DNA of 64,000 nt from Chiloscyllium plagiosum (lineage: Eukaryota), in the NCBI RefSeq assembly GCF_004010195.1, contig NC_057719.1, positions 69,181,845 to 69,245,844 on the forward strand. The letters run 5' to 3'. Below are positions 1-9,299 of the stretch, piece by piece; positions within the stretch are counted from its first letter, which is position 1, and every line of letters begins with the position of its first letter. The position numbers and the translations under genes were made by a program. A model generated the notes under the pieces. It ran no database searches. It saw nothing but the letters and a program-made list of their open reading frames with translations, and was not told where the DNA came from.

Positions 1-154
1 TCCACCCTAACCTGCACATCCCTGGGCACTATGGGTAATTTAGCACGGCCGATCCACCCTAACCTGCACATCTTTGGACTGTGGGAGGAATCCGGAGCAC
101 CCGGAGGAAACCCACGCAGACACGAGGAGAATGTGCAAACTCCACACAGTCAGT
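1..154 (-). mobile_element. HE1-type tRNA-derived SINE, partial, with internal 52-bp tandem unit
   Basis: Reverse complement of the SINE body at 2852-3168; TCCACCCTAACCTGCACATC recurs at 1 and 53. Confidence 0.85.
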
Positions 155-713
155 GAGTTGGGAGGTTGTGGCTGTACAGGACATTTGTCCGGACAGTCTT
201 GGAATACTATCGGAAAGATGTTGTGAAACTTCAAAGGGTCCAGCAAAGATTTACAAGGATGTTGCCAGGGTTGGAGGATCTGAGCTACAGGGAGAGGCTG
301 AACAGGCTGGGGCTGTTTTCCCTGGAGCGTCGGAGGCTGAGGGGGTGACCTGGTTTATAAAATCATGAGGGACATGGATAGGGGTAAATAGACAAGGTCT
401 TTTCCCCCTGAGGTGGGGGAGCCCAGAACTAGAGGGCTTAGGGTGAGAGGGGAAAGATATAAAAGAGACCTAAGGAGTAACGTTTTTCACACAGAGGGTG
501 GTACGTGTATGGAATGAGCCGCCAGAGGAAGTGGTGGAGGCTGGTACAGTGACAGCATTTAAAAGGTGGATGGGGACAGGGATAGGGAGGGTTTGGACGG
601 ATACGGGCCGGGCGCTGGCAGGTGGGACTAGATTGGATTAGTGATATCTGGGTCAGCACGGACGGGTTGGGCCGAAGGGTCTGTTTCCGTGCTGTACATC
701 TCTATGACTCTAT
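155..713 (+). mobile_element. CR1 (HER1-like) LINE 3' fragment
   Basis: Encodes the CR1 ORF2 C-terminus (LYRTFVRTVLEY...[17 protein letters not shown]); ends in a CTCTATGACTCTAT tail. Confidence 0.9.
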
Positions 714-1330
714 AAAAGCTGGGTGTAGGGTGGGACCTTTTTCACTGGAGCATAGGAGGTGGAGAAGTGACCTGGGCGAAGTTTATAAAATCGTCAGGGG
801 GGTTATAGTTGTGTTTCCCCTCGGGACAAGGGGTGGGTTTCAATAACATTTTGCTAAGGAGAGAGATTTTAAAAAGACACGGGCGGGGGGAGGAGGGGGG
901 GGCAATTTTTGTTTAATGCAGAGGATGGTTTGCATGTGCTTCCTGAGGAAGTGGTGGGTGTGGGTACACTTTCAACCTTTCGGAGACACTCAGATAAGTA
1001 CATCGGGGGGGGGGGGTGTGTGGGGGGAATACATGGCCAGGACCAGGCAGCTTGGGATTGGGGTCGGCATGGACTATGTGGGCTGAAGGGTCTGTGCGAC
1101 TCTATGGCTGCGTGGCCATGAGGGGCAAAGTTGTTTTTACACCGGGAGTGGTTCGTGTGTTGAATGAACATCCTGAGGAAGTGGTTGCAATTGCAATGTT
1201 TAAAAGATATTTTAGATAAGTCGACGACCTGTGAACTATTTGGAGGGCTGAGGCAGGCAGGTGGGACCGGCTTAGTTTGAGATCAGGCTCGAAAGGGACG
1301 GAAGAGGCTGTTTCTGCACTCCGTGGCTCC
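714..1330 (+). mobile_element. Stacked degenerate CR1 3' ends
   Basis: Repeated CCTGAGGAAGTGG (LPEEVV) and GAAGGGTCTGT 3'UTR motifs. Confidence 0.65.
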
Positions 1331-1486
1331 AACAGGTGTCGGCTGTTCAACCCCTTGAGCCTTCGCCACCACTCAGCGGGCTGACCCAACCCAACACTTG
1401 CTTGTCCCATCCCCCCATGACCCATCGATGCCCAGTCCTGATCAAGAATCTGTCTTTGCCTTCAATATATACAAGGACCCTTCGCG

Positions 1487-1876
1487 AGTTGTCGCTGGGT
1501 TTGAGGTTCTGGAGGTGGGTTTGCTCGTTGAGCTGGAAGGTGCGTTTTCAGACGTTTCGTCACCGCGCTAGGGAACATCATCAGTGAGCCTCCGGGTGCA
1601 GCACTGGTGGTGTAGCCCACTTTCTATTTGCGCGGTTAGGTTTCCTTGGGTTGGTGACGTCATTTCCCTGTGGCGATGTCATTTCCTGCTCTTTTTCTCA
1701 AGCGGCTGGTAAGTGGGATCCAAGTCAATGGGTTTGTTGATAGACTTCAGGTTGGAAAAGATTCCAGGAATTCTCGTGCGTCTCTCCGTTTGGCTTGTCC
1801 CCGGATGGATGCGTTGTCCCAGTCGAAGTGGTGTCCTTCCTCATCTGGATGTTAGGATGCTAGTGAGAGAGGGTCA
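1487..1876 (-). mobile_element. Penelope-like (Poseidon-type) element 3' end/pLTR
   Basis: Minus strand reads GHHFDWDN (GIY-YIG C-terminal region, as at 25960-26286), followed by a hammerhead-bearing terminus. Confidence 0.8.
1548..1587 (-). ncRNA. Minimal type I hammerhead ribozyme (family D)
   Basis: UCA-CUGAUGA-U-GUUCCC UAGCGC GGUGAC-GAAA-CG-UC-UGA; core intact, stem I UCA/UGA, one stem II mismatch. Confidence 0.75.
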
Positions 1877-2851
1877 GGTCTCTTTTTCCACAACCCTCTT
1901 TGATTATGAGTTCCAAAGACGCTCAACTCTCGGAGAGAACAACTTCCTCCATCTCAGTCTTAAATTGAGAATATCTCCTCTAGTTCTGGACTCCCCCAAA
2001 AGGAAGAAGGAAAATCCTCTCTGCTTTTATCCCATCCAGCCCCTTGGGAATTGTGCGTTTCAATAACATCGTCTCACATTCTTCCAAATTCTAGTGAGTG
2101 CAGTCCCAACCCGGTTCAACCACTGCTTGTGATGTGATACAAATTCAGCCTGGGTTGTCCCTCGAATTTAAAACAGTTAAGGGGTGATCTGATCTAAGTC
2201 TTCAAGATATTAAGTGTGTGGAATGAGCTGCCAGAGGAAGTGGTGGAGGCTGGTACAATTGCAACATTGAAAAGGCATCTGGATGGGCATATGAATAGGA
2301 AGGGTATAGAGGGATATGGGCCGGGCGCTGGCAAACGGGACTAGGTTAGGTTCGGATATTTGGTCGGCACGGACGGGTTGGACTGAAGGGTCCGATTCCA
2401 TCAGACAGCGGAGTGCAAACAAAGCCATTCGGCCCATCGAATCCACTCCGCCATTCAATCATGGCTGATGGGCATTTCAACGCCACTTACCCAGCACCCT
2501 CCCCGTATCCCTTAAATCCCTGCGAGATCAAGAATTTATCAATCTCTGCCCTGAGGACATTGAACGCCCCAGCCTTCACTGTGCTCCATGGCAGTGAACT
2601 CGACAGGCATCTGGCTGAAGAAACGTCTCCCCATTTCCGTTCTAAATTGACCCCCTCTATTTTGAAGACTGTGTTCACGGGTGCCTAACGGAAACAACTT
2701 CCCAGCGTCCACCCTTTGTAACTTTCCATTAAATCTCCCCTCATCTAAACTCTAATGAATACAATCCCAGGATCCTCAGCCGATCATTCCATGTTTTACA
2801 CCTCTATGACTCTACATTACCAGGAAAAGGCAGGATAGACTAAGATAGACT
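1877..2851. mobile_element. Mosaic of CR1 3' fragments on both strands
   Basis: + fragment ~2215-2395 (WNELPEEVVEAGT); - fragment ~2400-2795 (AGAFNVLRAEIDKFLISQGFKGYG). Confidence 0.75.
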
Positions 2852-3168
2852 GGGCGGCACGGTGGCACAGTGGTTAGCACTGCTGCCTCACAGCGCCAGA
2901 GACCCGGGTTCAATTCCCGCCTCAGGCGACTGACTGTGTGGAGTTTGCACGTTCTCTCCGTGTCTGCGTGGGTTTCCTCCGGGTGCTCCGGTTTCCTCCC
3001 ACAGTCCAAAGATGTGCAGGTCAGGTGAATTGGCCATACTAAATAGGTAAGGGGTAAATGTAGGGGTATGGGTGGGTTGCGCTTCGGCGGGTCGGTGTGG
3101 ACTTGTTGGGCCGAAGGGCCTGTTTCCACACTGTAATGTAATCTAATCTAAATCTAATCTAATCTAAT
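2852..3168 (+). mobile_element. HE1-type tRNA-derived SINE, near full length
   Basis: Pol III A box TGGCACAGTGG and B box GGTTCAATTCC; CR1-like 3' end GGGCCGAAGGGCCTGTTTCC; (TAATC)n tail. Confidence 0.92.
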
Positions 3169-3681
3169 AAACTATTTCCACTGGTCGCTAATTCTTGAAC
3201 TGGGGGCATAGTTTGTGAATGTAGGACCAGAAGTTCAGGAGAGATGTTCAGAAACAAAGGGTGGTAGAGGTTTGGAATTCTCTTTGACAAGTGACAGTTA
3301 ATACTCTCTCCCTTGTGAGTTTGAAATCTGATGCAGATATATTTTTGTGAAGCAAGATATTAAAAGGCAGATATATGGAGTTGAGAGACAGGTGCAGCCA
3401 TGATCTCATTGATAGCAGACCAGGGTCGAGGGGCTGAATGGCCTGCTCCCACTACTACTTGTCCCTAAATAAGACAATCCCTCCACACCGGCAAAATGTC
3501 CCAGTGAGCCCCCTCCAGACCACCTCCGATGAGAAAATATCTCTCTCCAGACAAGAGAACCAAAACGGCTCGCTGGATTTTATTGAGACAAAAGCAGAAA
3601 TTGCTGAGAAGCACATCAGCTCTGGCATACACCTGCAGCTCGAGAAAACAGAGCTAAACACTTCAAGTCCAGTGAATATTG

Positions 3682-4190
3682 TGTTCAATTCTGGTCTCCC
3701 TCCTATAGGAAGGATGTTGCGAAACTCGAAAGGGTTCAGAAAAGATTTACCAAGGATGTCGGAGGGTTTGAGCTACAGGGAGAGGCTGAACAGGCTGGGG
3801 CTGTTTTCCCTGGAGCATCGGAGGCTGAGGGGTGACCTTATAGAGGTTTATAAAAATCATGAGGGGGCATGGATAGGTCAATAGACTATTTACCCTATTC
3901 AAATAGGGTGGACAAGTCCAGAACTAAAGGGCTGAGGTTCAGGGTGAGAGGGCAAAGATTTAGAAGGGACATAAGGGGCAACTTTTTCATGCAGGGGATG
4001 GTGCATGTAAAGAATTAACTGCCAGATGAAGTAGTGAAGGCTGGTACAATGATGACATGTAAAAGACGCCTGGATGGGGACATGAATAGGAGAGATTTCG
4101 AGGAATATGGGCCAAATGCAGGCAAATGGGACTGGATTAATTTAGGATATCTGGTCAACATGGACGAGTTTGGTCTGCTTTCGTGCTGTA
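3682..4190 (+). mobile_element. CR1 LINE 3' fragment
   Basis: [29 protein letters not shown]; its tail is interrupted by the SINE at 4191. Confidence 0.88.
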
Positions 4191-4657
4191 GATTAGATTA
4201 CATTACATTACAGTGTGGAAACAGGCCCTTCGGCCCAACAAGTCCACACCGACCTGCCGAAGCGCAACCCACCCATACCCCTACATTTACCCCTTACCTA
4301 ACACTACGGGTAATTTAGCACGGCCAATTCACCTGGCCCTGCACATCCCAGGGCACTATGGGTAATTTAGCATGGCCAATTCACCCTAACCTGCACATCC
4401 CTGGGCACTATGGGTAATTTAGCACGGCCAATTCACCCTAACCTGCACATCCCTGGGCACTATGGGTAATTTAGCACTGCCAATTCACCTGACCCTGCAC
4501 ATCTTTGGACTGTGGGAGGAAACCGGAGCACCCGGAGGAAACCCACGCAGACATGGGGAGAACGTGCAAACTCCACACAGTCAGTCGCCTGAGGTGGGAA
4601 TTGAACCCGGGTCTCTGGCGCTGTGAGGCAGCAGCAGTGCTAACCACCGTGCCACCG
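4191..4657 (-). mobile_element. HE1-type SINE with internal tandem expansion
   Basis: (GATTA)n tail at left, tRNA head at right; body expanded by 52-bp units. Confidence 0.9.
4308..4503. repeat. 52-bp minisatellite (~4 copies) inside SINE
   Basis: GGGTAATTTAGCA starts at 4308, 4360, 4412 and 4464. Confidence 0.92.
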
Positions 4658-5106
4658 TACATCTCTGTGGCTCCGCGAACCATGCTCAGCAGGTAGCCAT
4701 GACGTGAATGTGTCAGCGTTGGACTGCGGTGGGCAATATTTAAAAGATTCGCACAAAACCCAGGTTATAGTCCAGCAGGTTTATCGGGAAGGTAGCCAGA
4801 CGCAGGAGCTGAAATTAGGCCACTCAGCCCAACCCATTCAGTCGTGGGGTGATAAGCTCCTCAACCCCATTCTGGACCAGCTACCTGACAAGAGGTCGAC
4901 CCTCTTGCTTCTCGGGTGCTGCCCGACCTGCTGTGCTTTCCGACAGCGCCAGCCGGGGTCGACCCTGACCCTCCGAGTCAATCTGTTGGCACTGCAACCT
5001 GGGTCCTCGGATGCTGCCCGAACTGCTGTGCTCTTCCAGCACCACTGATCCAGAATCTGGTCTCCAGCATCTGCAGCCATCGTTTTTACTGCAACTTGGG
5101 GGGGGG

Positions 5107-5405
5107 GTCGAGTGATTTTTTTTTATATATAAAATTTAAAAAAAAAACCTCTTCAGAGGCAAATTCTTTGTTGGTTGTCCTTGCAGCCCTTCCGCGCTTC
5201 TGCATTTTACGCCCGGACTCGACCGGGAAGGTCGTCCGCCCAGGCTCAAGTGCAAGTCGAGTGATTTTCTTTATATATAAATTAAAAAAAAAACCTCTTC
5301 AGAGGCAAATTCTTTGTTGGTTGTCCTTGCAGCCCTTCCGCGGTTCTGCAATTTACTCCCGGACTCGACCGGGAAGGTCGTCCGCCCAGGCTCAAGTGCA
5401 AGTCG
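5107..5405. repeat. ~148-bp direct tandem duplication upstream of promoter
   Basis: GTCGAGTGATTTT...GGCTCAAGTGCAA at 5107-5255 and 5256-5401, with few differences. Confidence 0.92.
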
Positions 5406-5419
5406 GTCAGTTTTCTTTG

Positions 5420-5580
5420 TCTGCCCCCGCCACTTCCGAGACGGCGGGCCGCGGGGCAGCCGCCCGGGGTCTTGAGGCTCGCGGTGACGTCACGGTGAAT
5501 ACGGTCTATCGGCGAGACTGCGTGACGTGGGCCGCGTCCTTTCGCCCCGCCCACCCGGAGAAACCCGGAAGTGGGGAGCC
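5420..5580 (+). promoter_or_regulatory. CpG-island, TATA-less Pol II promoter core
   Basis: High CpG density in an otherwise CpG-depleted window; ETS CACTTCCG 5431-5438 and CCGGAAGTG 5565-5573; CRE TGACGTCA 5485-5492; TGACGTGG 5523-5530; GC box CCCCGCCC 5545-5552; strong splice donor downstream. Confidence 0.8.
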
Positions 5581-5849
5581 CTGCCTGCAGCAAGTTGCTT
5601 TGGCTGCTGGGGCTTGGGGCTTGGCTGGTTTTCTCTTGGGGTGGGGTTGGGAAAGGGGGTCGGTTACCTGTTTCAAAAGGGCAAGCTTGTGGGGGAACAA
5701 AGATTTTGAAGGAAAAAGGAGGGAGCAAGTCCCTTCATTTGGACTTTTGGAAACTTTGATTTCAATTTCAGTTCATCTGCTCACCCCCCCACCCCACTCC
5801 ACCCACCCCACCTACACCTTGGAAGGTTACTTCCTGGTTTTTTGGAGAG

Positions 5850-5886
5850 ATGAGTTCATTCGGCAAAAAGTTGTTTGGATTTAAAG
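5850..5886 (+). CDS. Candidate first coding exon (MSSFGKKLFGFK-G) of an unidentified gene/pseudogene
   Basis: GAGAGATGA start with a purine at -3; donor AAG|GTGAGT at 5887; phase 1 matches the acceptor at 25354. Confidence 0.5.
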
Positions 5887-6790
5887 GTGAGTGGCCTTCC
5901 TGGGTTGGATCCAGAATCCAGATCGGTGTTGTTTTGGGGTGTGTTCCGGTTCCTTTCCAATTCCATTCAGCCTCCCCACCAGACCCCACCCCCCCCACCT
6001 ACCTTTGACAAACTGTGTGTGGGAGATCGGGGCCCGGTGCTGATGTTCCCCTGGGCAGATAGGTAACCCCAGGCTGACGTTCAGCCCCTTGTCGGCGAGC
6101 GCCGAGGTGTGTTTTAATTTTAAAATTTTTGATTTTTCCCTTCTTGTTGAAATTTGGAATTGGTGCACTCTTTTTCTCCCCCTCCCGCCCACCACCTCCC
6201 CTCCCGCCCACCACCTCCCCTCCATGGATTTTCCAAGTTTCGGGAGGGTGGGGACTCCGAGTCGAGGGGCACGTGGGGTGGGGGTCAGGGACGGTGAGAC
6301 CGTTGCGGTGAGTGTGTTCGTGGGGTGGGGGGGGAGAGGGGGCGGCAGGTTGGGGAGCGAGCCTCTTGGCCACTGTCTCCTTGATCCTACTATGGAGTGC
6401 TCCTTTTCAGACAAGGGCATTTGCTTGAATTACGTGCAGTGTATTTGCTGCATGTATTACTAGCATCTAAGTAGGGACAAAGTGAGCACTAAGAAAGCAA
6501 CCTAGGCACTATAAAATACATTCCTTGTAGATGAGGTGTGTGAGTCCCTGCATGCCAACAGTGCAAATTATGTGCAAGCCAGAGCTGCAAGCCAGATGGT
6601 TGAAGATCAAATCAATGGGTGATTTAGTTTGACACTAGGCAAGATGACGTAATATGATACAGATGTTTGCTACTGCCCACTTGTGTGGATGAAGGATGGA
6701 GGAGGATAGTGCCCATGGAGCATGCAGGGACATGATAGCCTGGACAACAATTGGCGAGGCTGAAGCCACTCGGTATCCAAGCTGATCCAA

Positions 6791-7595
6791 TGCGAGGTCT
6801 TGCACTTTGGACAAAAGAATACAAGCATGGACTACTTTCTAAACGGTGAGAAAATTTGTAAAGCCAAAGTACAGAGGGCTCTGGGAGTGCTAGTTGAGGA
6901 TTCTGTAAAGGTAAACATGCAGGTTGAGTCTGTGATTAAGAAAGCGAATGCAATGTTGTCAATTATCTCAAGGGGGTTGGAATATAAAAGCACTGTTGTG
7001 CTACTGAGACTTTATAAAGCTCTGGTTAGGCCCCATTTGGAGTACTGTGTCCAGTTTTGGTCCCCACACCTCAGGAAGGACATACTGGCACTGGAGCGTG
7101 TCCAGCTGAGATTCACATGGATGATCCCTGGAATGGCAGGTCTAACGTATGAGGAACGGCTGAGGATCCTGGGATTGTAATCACTGGAGTTTAGAAGATT
7201 AAGGGGAGATCTAATAGAAACTTACAAGATAATACATGGCTTGGAGATGGTGGACGCTAGGAAATTGTTTCCGTTAGGTGAGGAGACTAGGACCCGTGGA
7301 CACAGCCTTAGAATTAGAGGGGGTCAATTCAGAACAGAAATGCGGAGACATTTCTTCAGCCAGAGAGTGGTGGGCCTGTGGAATTCATTGCTGCAGAGTG
7401 CAGTGGAGGCTGGGACGCTAAATGTCTTCAAGGAAGAAATTGATAAATTCTTGATGTCACAAGGAATTAAGGGCTACGGGGAGAATGCGGGTAAGTGGAG
7501 TTGAAATGCCCATCAGCCATGATTGAATGGCAGAGTGGACTCAATGGGCCGAATGGACTTACTTCCACTCCTATGTCTTATGGGCTTATGTCTTA
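6791..7595 (+). mobile_element. CR1 LINE 3' fragment
   Basis: HFGQKN...[39 protein letters not shown]-type tail. Confidence 0.92.
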
Positions 7596-8635
7596 AGCAT
7601 AATCAGAGAGAAATGTATCTTTTGGTTATTGTGAGTTTTGTTATGATCAAGCCTTCATGTGTTTACACCTTCTGTAATACTGATGTTTAGTTGTGACTAG
7701 ATTTCATGGCTGTTGAATTTTTTTGTGTTAATGATCAAACTTGAATATTAAGGTATACTTTGAAAGTTTGCAGATAAAAAGAAACTCTGAGATTGGTAAA
7801 CATGGAGGAAGTTATAAACAGATTTTAGGAGGGGAAATGGGCTGGCACATGGCACATGAAATTTTGTGCAGCGAAGTGTGAAATGATACATTCTTGTAGA
7901 AATATTGTGAAGGGATATAAAGGAAACAGTATAATTGTTAATGGGTTGCAGATACCTGGGGATAAATGCATACAGATATTTGGACTTTGCTGAATGTCTG
8001 GAAAAGGCCAAATGGGATATTTGGCTTTATTGTTGAAGATCTAGGGTGGAATTTAATTCTCTGCCCCAGGGTGCTTGGGATGGTGGTGGTGTGGGAAGGG
8101 GGTAAATACTTAATCAGTTGGCAGGGTGGTGTTTGGGGAACGGTCCTGTATTTCATCCTTGCCCTGATTGCATCTGCCCCACCACCAATTGAGGCCCTTA
8201 AGGCAAGTCATGCCCACCGAAGGGACTCACCCTATTGCCTTTGTTATTCACCTAACTGTGAAGGGGCTCTTGTGGTATAGTCCCTGCCTCTGAGTGAGAA
8301 GATCTAGGTCCATGCCCCACCTGCCTCAGTCATCTGTATGAAATGTCTGAGGAGGTGGATTAAGAAGTCCAGTGTGGGAAGCTCAGAAAGTCAAGTTTGT
8401 ATATACCAGTGCATCCCTTGTTTAAATTATTTGATCGAGGGAACCAGTGTCGATGGGGATGGTGGGGTGCATTTTCAAGACAGCACCCTCCTACTTGTGG
8501 TGTGATATGGGGCGTAGTGCTGCAGCCACAATTATTTAGAATATGTATTAATGACTTGAATGAGGGAAGTAAACGTAGCATTGCAAAGTTTGTGCATGAT
8601 ATAAACATAGATGGGACAGCAAATTGATTAGATGT

Positions 8636-8946
8636 GGGCGGCACGGTGGCACAGTGGTTAGCACTGCTGCCTCACAGCGCCAGAGACCCAGGTTCAGTTC
8701 CCGCCTCAGGCGACTGACTGTGTGGAATTTGCACGTTCTCCCCGTGTTTGCGTGGGTTTCCTCCGGGTGCTCCGGTTTCCTCCCACAGTCCAAAGATGTG
8801 CAGGGTCAGGTGAATTGGCCATACTAAATTGCCCGTAGTGTTAGGTAAGGGGTAAATGTAGGGGTATGGGGTGGGTTTCGCTTCAGCGGGTCGGTGTGGA
8901 CTTGTTGGGCCGAAGGGCCTGTTTCCACACTCTAATCTAATCTAAT
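8636..8946 (+). mobile_element. HE1-type SINE
   Basis: GGGCGGCACGGTGGCACAGTGG head; (TCTAA)n tail. Confidence 0.92.
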
Positions 8947-9110
8947 TACTTACAATGTGGAAACAGGCCCTTTAGCCCAACAAGTCCACACCGACCCGCC
9001 AAAGCACACCCACCCAGACCCATTCCCCTACACCTAACACTACGGGCAATTTAGCATGGCCAATTCACCTAACCTGCACTTCTTTGGACTGTGGGAGGAA
9101 ACCAGAGCAC
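8947..9110 (-). mobile_element. HE1-type SINE 3' half, tail-to-tail with the previous copy
   Basis: Reverse complement of the SINE 3' half. Confidence 0.85.
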
Positions 9111-9299
9111 TGCCTGCATAGTAAGTTGCAGGGATGTAGACAGGTTAAGTGAGTGGGCAAGATCTTGGCAGATGGAATATAATATGGGAAAATGTGAGGT
9201 TGTTAAACTTTGGCAGGAAGGATAGAAGAGCTGAATGTTAATAGCATGAGAAAAAGACTGCAGAAAGCCACAGGACAGGGATTTGGGAGCCTTCATACA

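Noticed and set aside
2852..2925. tRNA gene
   Set aside because: The A/B boxes belong to the tRNA-derived SINE head and continue into the SINE body
4308..4503. CRISPR-like array
   Set aside because: Units are contiguous with no unique spacers, lie inside a SINE, and there are no cas genes
4916..5884. 322-aa ORF and overlapping ORFs to 6463
   Set aside because: Runs through a repeat tail, the tandem duplication and the GC-rich promoter; stop-poor by composition, no ATG start, no recognisable domain
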